From contig AP024665.1 of the NCBI GenBank assembly GCA_024346625.1, positions 1,798,001 to 1,862,000 of the forward strand: DNA of 64,000 nt, given 5' to 3'. Both the position numbers and the translations under genes were made by a program. This document shows positions 31,402-44,031 of this stretch, in pieces. The notes beneath the pieces are model-generated. The model did no database searches and was not told the origin of the DNA. It was given only the letters and a program-made list of their open reading frames with translations. Origin of the DNA: Williopsis jadinii (Eukaryota). The number at the start of each line of letters is the position of its first letter. The first letter of the stretch is position 1.

Positions 31402-34238
31402 TCAGTAATCATCGTCTAGAACAATGGAGTGAGGATAAGACGATGTAAGTCCAGCTGACGTGTTCGGTGGTTGAGATTCAGGCCCGAAGGTGTTGTCAAG
31501 CATCTCAATGTCAACGTCAGGTTCATCATCTTTGACTTCTTCAACCTTCGAAGAGTGAACCAAAGCGTGTTCGGTACCTGCTTCCTCAGCATTGAGATAC
31601 CCCCGTTTGCTAGGTATTAAGTTCTGCGCTAAAGACGAACTGTTCTTCTTATGTGGGGGACGAGATACTGATTTGGCAAATTTTCTTGGCCTGGTCTTCT
31701 TTAAAGGTGTGTTCTTGTTCTTATCGTGGAATCGCCTCGTTGAAGACATCGTAACGGTTGTGTCCCCATTTTTTGCCGGAGATGTCTCTTCAACTTCTTC
31801 AAACGACGATACAGATCTGGAATCTGTTCCTTTTAATCCATTACCATCATCAGCAATTTGCTTTTGGACAGGGCCATCACTTGCTATACTGAAACTGCCC
31901 TTTCCTCTATTGTTCGAGTGTTGGCTCTCAATCTGGTCAATGGAATGGTTGGACTCAGCCATCATATTGAGATATTGTTCAGGTTTATCTATATCGTCGA
32001 TTTCCATCTGAGAGTCCTTATCTGGTGTTTCGCCACCTGTGGGATTCATATCTTCATAGTTGGTGTTCTCAGACATTTCTTGAAACCCATCCTCTTCCAT
32101 CATTTCCGAGCGATCATCAGTAGTATTTTTGTTTATACTGGAGGTTCCTGGATCCACATCCTTATCATCGTTTTGACTTTCCTCATCACATTCCTCCAAT
32201 TTCGCATCATTTTCTCTCTGACCCTCGATTCCTGTTTCTTCGCTATGTTCTCCAGGTTTTTGAAATTCTTCGGGTTCTAAGAACACAATATCATCTTCAT
32301 CAATATCTTCATCTTCTTTTGCTTCTTCATGCTCTGGAACATATCCTTCTTTCTCTATCATCTCTTGTTGTAAAGCTAAGAGTATTCCTCTCAACTTGGC
32401 TCTCCATTCATCTCGCTCCCTACTTAGAAACACCTTGTTCATTTCACCACGTTTAGCGATCCTTGAGTCCCAAAATGAAACGCATTTCTGTTGATCCTGA
32501 AGGAATTTGTACACGTTATAAATAACATGAATACCACAATCGTTAAAATTTGGTTGCTTTGGGACCTGAGAATTCATCAGTTTGATTCTTTCTGGGTCAA
32601 TCTCTAATTTGTGCTTATCCTTTGCATATCCCAATATGAAATTGCGAATTGGTTCTAGTATGGAATCATGCCGCTGTGCCAAAGAATCAAAGCAATAAAC
32701 AGTACAATCACCTTCATCTTTTGTCAATGAATCTATGTTGTACACAATCGAGCAATACCAGTGAAGACTTTCATTTATCGGTATTATGAGAAAGCGTTTC
32801 TTGAGTATATCATCCTTTGATAACCAAGATTGGATGTTGTGATAATAGTTTGGTGATGATGTCAATTTGGTAAAGAAAAAAGTCGAAAACACTCTGAAAT
32901 CCTCTAGCGACAATGTCGATCGTTTTGTTTTTTCCTGTGTGAAATATTTCAGAAAGAAGTCAATTAAAGTGTCGTTAATCCATTGACTACCGTAAAGGCA
33001 TCTGAAATCTGCATCGCTGATTCTAAACTTGGATTGATCGGAAAATAAGTACTGTAGATCTGGTTTGAACGGTTTTCTTTCCCTTCTCGGTCTCCTTTTC
33101 AGAACAGGTGTTAGCGGATCTTCTGCATCTATCTCGATGGTATCTGTGGTCTTCCCCGAAGATCTCAATCGACGTGGTACTGAAGGTGTGGAAACAACTG
33201 GTGAATAGAACGCCTTTGTTGGTGTAACTGTTTCAGATGTTACCTTTGTGCTTGTCTTTGGAGCTGTGCTGATTGTAGAAATGGCAGGTGATGAAGATAT
33301 GGACTCCAGCCTTATAGGTTTCCCAAGATCTTTCTTTGCATTAGAGCTCTTTTGCGAGAGCGATGTACGTGGGTTTAACTTATCCAAAGATTTAAAAGGT
33401 TTCATAAATTTGGATATAGCTTCAGACGAGTTTTTCAGCACCGAGTGTAAATCATCATTTGATTTCTCATCGATGCGGATATTCACTTCTAGGTATCTAT
33501 CCAGTATTTCCAAGAACTTAACAAGATTTGATGCGCTCATTGAGAATAGAATGGAGTGGAATGTTAATCCGTCGTATCTCAATGGGTTCTTCAACAGAAT
33601 CAACAATGCAGTCTTTGAATGTATCATCCTTCTCAAATCGGTCGCCATTACTTTTGTTACCACTCTGCCATCGAACTCCAGATTGAAGTGTGTTAATTGA
33701 GGATCAAAGCTTAATCGTACCTCGCCATCCTTATGATTGAATATTCTCATGTCTTTACCCAGACTTGCCCGTTCCGAAGCAATGGTCACTTTGTTGTAAT
33801 CTTTGATTTGCGAAACATACTCCAAATCAGAAATATTCAGCACTTTGTACTTAGTAACGACAACATCGTTCGCCTCTGTATCACTAAAGACATCCTTCGG
33901 AGACAATGGTGGGAGAGGTGTATCGGTAGAAGATACCGCTGGCATGTGCAGCTCCACAGTGACAGGTCTCCGTACAGCTGTTGCTCTCCATTTGTTACTC
34001 CCGTACTTGTTCTTACTGGCACTGTAGGGATTCAGCAGCAAAGTATCATCAGATTCCACGTTTATGGGTCTGATGAACTTGTTTCGTATCTTTTGGGACG
34101 GTGAAGGAGCCAATGGTGAAGAACTGAGTCATCGGGTTAGTTGGATCATTATGGGAAACGACAACCGTTTGATACTCACCTTAAAGTGTTCAATGGCACA
34201 GTCCCCTGTGTACGTATCTTCTTCCTTGATCTCGCCAT
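31402..34238 (-). CDS. ULP2: SUMO protease (C48), two exons: 34238-34180 and 34123-31402
   Basis: WINDTLIDFFLKY, FSTFFFTKL, IPINESLHWY, FDSL, VPKQPNFNDCGIHV; 56-nt intron 34124-34179 (GTGAGT...ACTAAC...CAG) restores an ATG start MARSRKK. Confidence 0.9.
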
Positions 34239-34703
34239 CTTTCTCGCTCTTATTCGAACCAGCGCCCTGTCGAGATCCTTAGCCGCCAGTGGTTTGTTTA
34301 CCTTTTCTTGTTGTGCTTTTGTTTGTGTTGTAAGCGGTTAGTTGATTTGGTGTAGATTTTTTACTCTGTTGATCTTTTTTGGCGTGAATTTGTGAAAATG
34401 GGTTATCACGTCGCGCCAGAAACACAAAAGTGCTTAACAGACTGGCGAAAACTGGCGAAAACTGGCAGAAACACCATACAAACACACATCAAAACTGGGA
34501 AGGCCTTCTATATTTATTCTATGTTTACACCTTGCTCAATACATAAGCATTCACTCGATGAGAGAGTATGAAGATCGCTCTATAGTTCTGATACACCCAT
34601 TGTGACTCCAAGGGTGAGTATTGACGCCCTAATGAGCAATAACTCGACAAGTCAATCATTGCGTAACATCTCAGTAATGAATGAATATCAATAACCGTAC
34701 AGA

Positions 34704-36032
34704 TCATCCAACTAAGGGGACAAAGAGGAAGCTGAATACCGACCCTAACAACAATCCCAGGGACAGGAAAACAGCTGTGAACCCACCGGCTGCTTCCCTT
34801 TCGTTCTCATCGCAGTATAATGGGACAGCCATGAATGCACAGCTCAGACAGTGTCCATTTGTAACACCAAAGAAGAACTGTAAAAGCAAATAAATTGTAT
34901 CAGATGCGATGATTGGAGTATCGCTTGAGTCGATGTTGCACATCAACAGTAACGGCACTAGCACGACTCTCAGAATGCTATAGGCAAAGATCTTAACGTC
35001 GTTGGAAATGACAAAGGGCACATATCCACATAGCACTCTGCCTGTGAAATCACCACAGTTCCAGATGAAAAATGCTAGCGGAACAAAGATGGCATCATCA
35101 AAGATCTTCCCTTTATGAACAGATGTTGTGTTTGAAGCAAATATCGGAAAGACTAAGGACACCATGAAGACAAAAACAATGGTGAGAACCACATATTGCA
35201 GTTTGGAGAAAAGGGTCTTGAAAGGAACGTATCCATGAGTCGGTGATGAATCTATATTCTCTTCATCTGGGGCAAACGCCATGGGTTCCTCCATTTTATG
35301 TGTTACATGGAACACAACACCTGCAACGGTGGTTATGATGCTCGTCATCACAAAGTATAGAACGATACTGGTTGATGATCTCTCGTTATCTCTTAAGTAC
35401 ACCAATTCACTCAGCAGTAGCGATAGAGAGGGCAAGACACCAGCGATAGCTTGTCCAACCATCACAGCCTGTGCATATTCTGGGCCCTTCACATTTGCCA
35501 ACGCCATACATCCATTCTGCTGGAAACTTGTGCCGACAGCGCTTATCAGCACCAATAACATTATCCCCGTGAAGTAAAAAGGAGAATGCAGTGTTGGGTC
35601 TATAAGTTCAACAAACGCCAGAATTAAGAAAGCAGACACGTTCAGAATAAGCCCATTCATGACACGGCGTTCGAAGTTTGCAAACTGCCTCGTTGAAAGG
35701 ATAGAATTCGATGCTAAGCTGGTCAACGTAGACACTGTCATCATCGTTGATGAATAGTTACGGCCAAGGGCGGAATCGGCACCAAACTTGCCTATGAAAT
35801 AGCCAGATGCAGAGAGAAAGCAGTTCCATGGCCAAAGTAATGCGATTCCGATGCCCATAAACGATATATACCCCAGCTGTGAAAGCGTCAACGTACACCA
35901 TCCAAGATCAACCAGTAGCCGATCTTCACCAAACACTGCGGGTTCCATTGTATCCTCGTCCGGCATCCCACGTCTAGATTGAAGAGATTGGTAAACCCCG
36001 CCTTCTATATGATCATCATTCTTCAGTGACAT
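34704..36032 (-). CDS. FUN26: Equilibrative nucleoside transporter
   Basis: GIALLWPWNCFLSA, AVMVGQAIAGVLPS, WNCGDFTGR, FGVTNGH. Confidence 0.92.
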   Translation of the reverse strand: MSLKNDDHIEGGVYQSLQSRRGMPDEDTMEPAVFGEDRLLVDLGWCTLTLSQLGYISFMGIGIALLWPWNCFLSASGYFIGKFGADSALGRNYSSTMMTVSTLTSLASNSILSTRQFANFERRVMNGLILNVSAFLILAFVELIDPTLHSPFYFTGIMLLVLISAVGTSFQQNGCMALANVKGPEYAQAVMVGQAIAGVLPSLSLLLSELVYLRDNERSSTSIVLYFVMTSIITTVAGVVFHVTHKMEEPMAFAPDEENIDSSPTHGYVPFKTLFSKLQYVVLTIVFVFMVSLVFPIFASNTTSVHKGKIFDDAIFVPLAFFIWNCGDFTGRVLCGYVPFVISNDVKIFAYSILRVVLVPLLLMCNIDSSDTPIIASDTIYLLLQFFFGVTNGHCLSCAFMAVPLYCDENEREAAGGFTAVFLSLGLLLGSVFSFLFVPLVG

Positions 36033-37953
36033 CAAACTGATCGCTAATTTGTCTTATCGCAGTAGACTATACCGTTATCAGTTTGGTTAGAGGGAGAGAG
36101 AAGCTCACGGAAATGGCCTCCCTCAAATCCCCGGGCGCCAGATCGTAGGCATCTCGGATTGGTGTCCTGATGTTTGTGCTGCTGTAGTTACGTCAATGTT
36201 TACATTTCAGGCTCAGCTCTCATCGACTTGGTGTGCATTAGTTGTATTAACAAGTAGTAAGCTGCTGAAACACGGTGCTGCTGAGTATTAGCACGTTTAT
36301 CTAGTGAGTTTGTAGTGGTACATCCCTTAAATTTGTTCAGCTCAATTTGTTTGATGATTTTGCCTCGAGTTGATGGTTTAACGGTATTCTGGTTTCTCAT
36401 CATTACTGATATTTCAAGTTGTGCTATGTTTGGTATCCTCTCCATACTCACCATTGACAGTGAAGTTCACCTTGGGGACCGGTAAAGTGTTAGTACCATG
36501 TGCTTTAGTTGGCTAACGAACGTTTTAGTATAATGCATTCGTTAGAAGTTGGTTATTTCATAGCTCTGTGTTACTTGATGAATAGGCCAATATCCAACTC
36601 AAAGAAAACCATCCTGGGAGACTACAACCCAGCAGGTGCCAATTATCGGATGCTTAATTCGATTAAAAATTTCCATGTTATGTTGCTAAAAATAAAAGAA
36701 ACGAAAAGCAGCTTCAAATTTGATCAAACACCCAGAGGTGAATACGTCTAGTCTTACAGTGCAACAGAGGGGAGCCCTTACACCGTCGTAATCAGATTTC
36801 TAACCCAAATATTGACACACACAGCTTTGTTCCCCAAGCCACGCTTTTTATAGCTTTGTGTTTTTATTTCTAGGAAATCATACAATTGGTCAAAGAGCAG
36901 CAGGCTACGACACTCTTATGCTTTGTAAACATAACACCGCAGCAATCCAATTGTTCCCATAACTTCAGAGACACACGAAAGTAGCTTCAGACCAACGTCT
37001 TTGATCTTCTGTGATCATGTGGTAGTGGTATTCTTTATTCAATTGGCATCTTACAAAACAAGGATCATCTCAACAATACCAATGAAGATCTCAGCACAAA
37101 GTCTACGGTGTACACGAAGCAACAGCTGGTGTGTTAGATGCGTAGTGTTTATGTATAAGATAACTTTAAGCTATGTGACTTGTAACTCTCTACATGCATC
37201 AAATCAATTGCATGTCACACAAAGGCTTATTCACTATGGAAACGATAGAAGAAATACATGATGAAGTGCATGATGAGACGCATGAAGTAAACTAAAAATT
37301 GACACTATTCCAGTACACAGAGAGACGGATTGTATGGTGAACAGTTATATTCCCAGTACAATTTAACTCAAACTCGTGCATTCTGCCTTCATGCACAGTG
37401 AGTTGCATATTTCACAAAACCCTAGTAACCATCAAGACAACACACTTAAATGTAAAGTGCACAAAAGCACTGTCTTGAATATTTAACTAGCTCTGAATCC
37501 TCAAAAAATGTTCTTCGACTCTTTCCACTCTTTCCCACAAATCTCGAAAGATGGGGACAAAGGCTGATGACCCTTGTTGGAGCCTGTCCACCTCCTTCAA
37601 AGTTATCACCTTGACACATCTTAGGGTATACTGCCTAGTACACCATCACTACTGGGAATACGTGAAGACTATTGAGCAACGGCAGAACAAAGTGAGTTTG
37701 GTCAACCTGCTTTGTATGGTCACTGTGTTGGCTGATTAGCATTTACCAGATCACTGACTTACAACAGGATGTATAAGGCACAAGGTCGACAGATGGTGAG
37801 GGCTCTCCTAGCTGAACGATATTGATAGAGGTTTGGTACTTTTGGGATGTCATCGTCTTGAGGTTTCACACAACATGTGATGCAGAGGTACGGTTGGGCT
37901 ACTCTCAGGTTTTGGATTCATGATGCGACATTATCATTGGATGTTCAGTTGAC

Positions 37954-38420
37954 CATACGATGTTGGTTCAGGATGAAGGTTGTCTGAGGGAAGTCTGTCC
38001 AGCTTTCGTTAGACGACCTCAGTCTGAACTCAAGTGTGGTTGTCATGATTGCTGGTGATGGAAGATGAAGTCTTGGGTAGTTACTTCGAGTCCATTGGAA
38101 GATGTCGACTGCGAGAATGTCAATCATACGATGTTGGTTCAGGATGAAGGTTGTCTGAGGAAGTCTGTCCAGCTTTCGTTAGATGAGCTCAGTCTGAACT
38201 CAAGTGTGGTTGTCATGACTGCTGTCGGTCATGGAAGATGGACCTCAGAGGAGTGCTGAAGATGAAGTCTTGGGTACCGACAACGAGTTCATGCTAAAAC
38301 ATCATCATTGGAAGCTCGGTTAAGCATACAAGGTCCGTCCATGATGAAGATTATCTGAGGCAAGTCTGTCCCACCTCCTTCAGATAACATCCGTCTGGAC
38401 TCAAGTATGGTTGACATGAC
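37954..38420 (+). repeat. Three dispersed direct repeats (~80-150 bp; starts near 37954, 38125 and a more diverged copy near 38341)
   Basis: CATACGATGTTGGTTCAGGATGAAGGTTGTCTGAGG...CTCAAGTGTGGTTGTCATGA is nearly identical in copies 1 and 2. Confidence 0.9.
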
Positions 38421-39395
38421 TACCATTGTTGATGAAAGGCTGAGCTCAAAGATGATACCATTGACCACTGAAGTCGCTGGAGTTAGACAGTCAGATATTG
38501 TTCGTATATATCAGTCCCAGCCATCCTGGAGGGATTACGTACAGATGCAGTTGTACGGTATCCACTAGGATTGGTTCACCATTTGTAGTTGTAGACTATC
38601 ACTAGTTCTAACATGCTGTTCAGGTAGTTGTGGGCAATATAATGAGCAGTTCTGTAACGTGAGACCTCAAACTTGGAGATCCCAAGGCTCAGACTTCCTC
38701 ACTGTTGTCTATAACTATCTAAACAGGCATGGTAGAAGAGGTGAAACCGAAGAAGAGGGAAGTACGGTCATTGGGGTCTAGCATGGTAGGAGCAACACAC
38801 TAACAATGACTGCATATCACTCAATGCCTGTTGATGAAGGTGATGAGTTGAGCAGGGCCGTCAAATGACTGTGCTTAACGAATTCCTCTGTATGGCCAAG
38901 CCACTTGATATTAGAAAGCAAGAAGTGAGAGGTGAGAGACCTCATTAGCCAATTTACCGAAAGAATGGTCAGATTTCTCGACTGCTAGGCCGATATACGA
39001 TGTGTAGAATGTGACGCATTATACCAATACACGAATCGTTAAAATCCAGGAAGTATTGAAGAAGACATGCTCGTACTTTGTGGATTTCTTTATTGGGGTA
39101 TTATCTAACAATTGGTGTACTCCAGTGGGACTTGGCTACAGAGTTGTTGTATTTATTGCCATCATTGTTGGAATAATCTTTTGTTCTCTAACCTGCTGCT
39201 GAACTGGGTGCATATTGCGCGGGTATAACTTTCCCTAATTGGCACGGCCGGTGGTTTAGGCAGTAAAACTCATCGAGAGTTGTAACAAACGAATGACTTT
39301 CTTTAAAGCATTTAAGAACGCACATTTCACCTCAATTCGTAGCACCACCTGGTTAAGACGGCACATACAGCTTGTACCTATTCATACTAAGAAAT

Positions 39396-40097
39396 ATGCC
39401 ATTTGCTTCCACTAGAATTTCACTCCAATGGCCCCCAGAGCCAGCAGAGGAGACCACCGATACTTTAGTGCTGACCTCTCACGATTTACACTTTGTCGAT
39501 ATCCGTATCACCAAGCCATTACCTGCGCCAACCTCAACAGACAACGACTCCCATATCGACTGGATCATCACGGGTATTGAGAACCCGTTGGAAGGAACCA
39601 CGAAGGTGGAGTTCAAGCATGAGATCAACTCCCACTTGAAGCTCAACACCGGTGAAGCCTTTGACATTGGTGATTTCCACGACGCTCCAAATGGAGACCG
39701 TTCCGAAACCGGTATTATGGAGAACTGGAACACCGGTAAGATGTCACCGTATGAAGAGATTTGGCGAAGCATTGACCCAAACGTCAGCACCCCGGAGAAT
39801 TATGTCCGCGAGCTCAAGAAAGAGAGCGAAGCTGCGTGCGTGGTCTACAAGCTAGCAGAGAAGGAGTCTGAGTGGCTCGGCCAGATGGTTAGAATCGGCT
39901 CTTTTGCACAAGGTGCCATTCTGAACAGATCCACCAACAAGGTGTCGTGTGTCAGATGGTTCTTGAAGGAAGGACAATGGCAAGTTGTGTTCCAGAACGG
40001 TAAAGAGGTGTCCAAGATTCCAAACGGCGACGACAAGCTCGGGGCCGTGGTTGAGTTGGAAAACTTGCGCTGGAAAGTGATTGAATCGTCTTTCTGA
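39396..40097 (+). CDS. HRI1: HRI1-family protein
   Basis: STRISLQWPPEPAEETTDTLVLTS..HFVDIR, DRSETGIM.N..TG...PYEEIWR, GQMVRIGSFAQG. Confidence 0.75.
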   Translation: MPFASTRISLQWPPEPAEETTDTLVLTSHDLHFVDIRITKPLPAPTSTDNDSHIDWIITGIENPLEGTTKVEFKHEINSHLKLNTGEAFDIGDFHDAPNGDRSETGIMENWNTGKMSPYEEIWRSIDPNVSTPENYVRELKKESEAACVVYKLAEKESEWLGQMVRIGSFAQGAILNRSTNKVSCVRWFLKEGQWQVVFQNGKEVSKIPNGDDKLGAVVELENLRWKVIESSF

Positions 40098-40706
40098 GCA
40101 CCATCTTCATCAGCAAGGGTGTGCTCCCAGACTATACACCCCATACTCCCAAACGCTTAGTATATAGTTGTCCATAATAGCTGGCGATACAATACACCCA
40201 GACACCACACCATTGTAAACCCGAACACCCATAAACCCGAACACCCATAAACCCGAACACCCAGAATAAAGGCCGCAAACGTCCGCTGTCTTTTCGCTGT
40301 TTTTTTTTTTGAGGGCCCGTCCTCGCCCTCTGCGCACGCGCCTGTGTGCGTGCGCTGTTTCTTTTTTTAACACCAATTCGTTCGCTTCAGCTCATTGGCC
40401 CCTTTGCAATTTTGGACAGAACGGTCCATTGAAGCGGTTACATTGCGTGGAATTCAGCTCCATTTTGTTTCGCTTTGGTTCAGCATCCAGTCACACAGTT
40501 AGAGCACTCCAGCGTGGGCTGTTTTTTTGTTGTTGCTTGTGCCAGAAGAGACGTTCCAGCTCCAAGGCCTTCCCACTGAGTACTAATCGCTGAGTACTAA
40601 TCCCTTCTGCACGCTCGAGTCGTCTGCGTAGGCCAGTTGTGAAGAGCAGCTGCCAGAGAGAGGTGAAACACTTGCAAGAACACAGGCCACAGAGCACAGA
40701 GCAGTG

Positions 40707-41249
40707 ATGGCATCGCGCACCCGCAAGATCTCCGTTGTCGGTGCCCGTGGAGTGGGCAAGTCCACTCTTGTGGTGCAGTACGTTGATAACTACTTTCTGG
40801 AGTCATACTACCCAACGATCCAAAACCAGTTCAACAAGTCCATAAGTTTCCGTGGGCAGACGTATGAGGTGGAGGTGTTGGACACTGCAGGCCAGGACGA
40901 GTTCACCATCCTACAGGACTCGTCGACCTTGGTGCACGGTTACATCCTGGTGTACGCTGTGAATTCACGCTCATCGTTCGAGCTCTTGCCGGTGATTAGG
41001 GACAAAATCCTGGAGTCCACGGGCACCGACAAGGTGCCAATGATCCTGGTTGGGAACAAGCTGGACCTGGAGCGCAAGGTTGGCCATGAAGAAGGTGTGA
41101 AGCTGGCCCGTGAGTTTGGAATACCATACATCGAGATCAGTGCAAAGACTACAAGTGAGCAGGACATCTCTCGCATATTCGTTGGCCTGTTGGAGCAGAT
41201 TGAAGGTGAAAAGATCGACCCGGAGAACGAGAAGTGCATCATCATGTAA
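40707..41249 (+). CDS. RHB1: Rheb small GTPase
   Basis: GARGVGKS (Rheb Arg), ESYYPTI, DTAGQDE, GNKLD, C-terminal CAAX CIIM. Confidence 0.93.
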   Translation: MASRTRKISVVGARGVGKSTLVVQYVDNYFLESYYPTIQNQFNKSISFRGQTYEVEVLDTAGQDEFTILQDSSTLVHGYILVYAVNSRSSFELLPVIRDKILESTGTDKVPMILVGNKLDLERKVGHEEGVKLAREFGIPYIEISAKTTSEQDISRIFVGLLEQIEGEKIDPENEKCIIM

Positions 41250-41430
41250 ATTGGATAGTCCTTAGAATCTTCTCATACTATTTAGAATTCCCTATTTATG
41301 GCTGCCCGGGGTTCTCTTCCCACCATGTAGCGAGTAGGCAAAAAACGCATAGAAAAGGCAAAAGCCAGAAAAACCAAAACATCAACATCAACATCAACAT
41401 CAACAACGACGGAGAAACCACACAGGAACG

Positions 41431-42405
41431 ATGGATGAGAAGAGGAAAAGGAGGAAACAGCACTCAAAGCAGCCGACTCCGCAGCTGAATAGCTCGAAGT
41501 ATCCGTGGCTGCCCTTCCCGAGAAGAACAGACAAGTGGAACGAGCTGAGCGAAGAGGTGTTCTGTACGTGCCGTGAGCCTGATACCGGAGAGCTCATGGT
41601 TGGCTGCGATGGCTGTGATGATTGGTTCCACTTCAAATGTGTCAGGCTGGATGTTCGGTACTCGAAGCTCATTGCGAAGTACTACTGTCCGTACTGTGAT
41701 CTGGAAGGCAAGGGCCGTACGCTGTGGAAGAGAAAGTGTCGCTTACCACAGTGTTACAGTCCCATAAGGGACAACAACACCAAGTACTGTTCCGAAGAAC
41801 ACGGCGTTGAGTTCATGAAGCTTGTGCTGAGTAAGCTACAAAAGCCCGTTGATGTTGGCGCAATGTCGCAAATCGTCAAGGGTGTGGGTTCCTTTGAAGC
41901 GTTCCAAGCCGTTGGTGATACGCTGCCGCTGTTGGCTGAGGACGCTGTTTCGAACGATCCAAGGTTACGGCACGTGGATCAGAGCGTTGATAACTTGAAC
42001 AAACAAAGAGAGGAACAACTCCAAAGGCGAAAGCTGCTGGTGAAGACGAAGGAAAACTTGAAGAGACTCAACGATGAGCTGTCTTTGAACAAGAAGAAGA
42101 TAACGGTGTGTGGGTTTGATCCCCTGCTGAGGGACGATGAGCAACATGGAGAGGATGCACTCTCCACAAACGATATCCAACTGTTGAAAAGGTTGTATGA
42201 AGGTGACGAAGAGAACACGACACAGGTCTGTCTATTGGACAAGAGGAAGTGCCAAAGGCATAACGGTTGGCAGTCAATCTTACACGATGAGATTGAGAAT
42301 AACATATACAAAATTGATGAGCAAGTGAGCTCGCTGAAGTTGCAGAGGGATAAGCTGATCAGTGTGATGAGCAGAGACCATTATGAGGCTTTACTACGTG
42401 GATAG
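41431..42405 (+). CDS. SPP1: COMPASS PHD-finger subunit
   Basis: FCTCREPDTGELMVGCDGCDDWFHFKC...YYCPYC, WKRKCRL, KYCSEEHG, KCQRHNGW. Confidence 0.92.
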   Translation: MDEKRKRRKQHSKQPTPQLNSSKYPWLPFPRRTDKWNELSEEVFCTCREPDTGELMVGCDGCDDWFHFKCVRLDVRYSKLIAKYYCPYCDLEGKGRTLWKRKCRLPQCYSPIRDNNTKYCSEEHGVEFMKLVLSKLQKPVDVGAMSQIVKGVGSFEAFQAVGDTLPLLAEDAVSNDPRLRHVDQSVDNLNKQREEQLQRRKLLVKTKENLKRLNDELSLNKKKITVCGFDPLLRDDEQHGEDALSTNDIQLLKRLYEGDEENTTQVCLLDKRKCQRHNGWQSILHDEIENNIYKIDEQVSSLKLQRDKLISVMSRDHYEALLRG

Positions 42406-42473
42406 TGTCATGTAATAACCAACTATAATATAATGTAATAGTACTACTAATAATAACACACCTGGTGGAATCT

Positions 42474-43760
42474 TCATTCCATCTTCTCATCTCCTTCGGC
42501 ATCTTTGGTGGACGCCTGTTCTTCGTTCTTTTCCTCTTTCGCTTCCCCTTCCTCTTCTTCATCCTCCTCCTCCTCCTCTTCTTCTTCATCCTCTTCTTCG
42601 AAATGTGGTTTCCAGATCTCTAAAAGAGCATCTTCACCAACGCTGACTATCGTGTTTGAGACTCCAGATACCCAATCAAACTCATTCACTTTTGAGACGT
42701 GGCCTCCGTGGATGAACTTCAAACATGGGTCCTCTTTATCGTTCTTTGTGAAGTCGTCAACGTCAAACTCTTCCTCCAGCTTCAGAAGGTCCCAAACGTG
42801 TATACGTCTATCATTTGAGCTTGAAGCCAATAGGTGGGACTCATCAGGATTGAACTTCACTTGGTTCACGGCACCGTTATGCCCATAGAGCTGTCTCAAT
42901 GGCATCTTGGTGTTTCTCAAGTCCCATAGAGTAACGAGATTGTCAGCACCACCAGTGACGAAGAGATTAGTCTGTTTTGGGTTGAAATCGATGGCATTGA
43001 TTACATCCTTGTGTGCCTCAGCAACGTTGATCAGCACTTCATCAGATCTTGTATCAAAGAACTTGATACTTAGGTCATCGGAAACTGAACCAAACATCGT
43101 TGGAATGCCATACGACCAGGAGAAATCGTTCACAATCGCACTATGTTGCTTGTAGACCCTCAAAGGCGTTTCACTGCTGAGATCCCACAGGGCAATGTGA
43201 GTGTCTTCACCTCCAGTGACAAGTTTCGAGCCCAGGAGGTTCCATTCAAGTCCAAACCCATCCTTTTGGTGGTACTTCAACGTCTTTACGCATTCAGATT
43301 TGTCAAATGACCAGATCTTAACGTCACCGGTCTTTGTGAAAGTGGCAACCTTATCACGATGGATACGAGCTTTGTTGACCTCGCCTGGGTGTAACCATCT
43401 CTGCTTCAAGCTCAATTTGGAGGTGAAGTCTCCTCCGCCTGATGGGATCGGGATGGAATGTGTCGTCTTAGGCGATAGCGTTGAAGGTAGCCTTGCCGTA
43501 ACGTACTTCAAGAAGTTGTCACCCGTGGTGGAGTACGTACCAAGGAGGAACTTAGTCTCCAGTTCATTGGTGTCCTGACTCAGCTCAAACCCAGGGATCG
43601 ATTGAACAGTAAGAGAGGGTGATTCCAATGCATACGTCTGAATGGTATCGTACAGCAAAGGCACAGTTTTCTTCCAAATCTTGAACTCCTCGTTGATTAT
43701 CTTCTCATTATCAATATACTGAGCCTCCACGCTCTCGACTTTCACTGTCTCTGTAGTCAT
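42474..43760 (-). CDS. MSI1: WD40 histone chaperone (RbAp48 family, CAF-1 subunit)
   Basis: IINEEFKIWKKTVPLLYD, HPGEVNKAR, FIHGGH; likely ATG 43760; HAT2 paralog is less likely. Confidence 0.8.
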   Translation of the reverse strand: MTTETVKVESVEAQYIDNEKIINEEFKIWKKTVPLLYDTIQTYALESPSLTVQSIPGFELSQDTNELETKFLLGTYSTTGDNFLKYVTARLPSTLSPKTTHSIPIPSGGGDFTSKLSLKQRWLHPGEVNKARIHRDKVATFTKTGDVKIWSFDKSECVKTLKYHQKDGFGLEWNLLGSKLVTGGEDTHIALWDLSSETPLRVYKQHSAIVNDFSWSYGIPTMFGSVSDDLSIKFFDTRSDEVLINVAEAHKDVINAIDFNPKQTNLFVTGGADNLVTLWDLRNTKMPLRQLYGHNGAVNQVKFNPDESHLLASSSNDRRIHVWDLLKLEEEFDVDDFTKNDKEDPCLKFIHGGHVSKVNEFDWVSGVSNTIVSVGEDALLEIWKPHFEEEDEEEEEEEEDEEEEGEAKEEKNEEQASTKDAEGDEKME

Positions 43761-44031
43761 ATGTGCCGTAAAATGGTTGTCTTTGGAGAGATGATGGTGA
43801 TGAATTCTCACCAAGCCGGGACAGAATTGTAAACAGCTGCCGGTTTGTGGCCTTGTCCGTAGGGTGGGAAAAATCGCGATAAATTGTATCACGTGTGAAT
43901 TCACGTGATATTTAAAAGTTGGTGTTCGGGTGTAGAAACTATGCGTTACAACGGAAAACTCACAGCAAAACCTCAACATTTTGAGCCATGTAAACAATGC
44001 TGAGCTTCAGTACAACAGTCCCTACGACCAG

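Noticed and set aside
43761..43997. N-terminal extension of the MSI1 ORF
   Set aside because: Crosses the MSI1/TRS33 divergent promoter (two CACGTG sites); homology starts after ATG 43760
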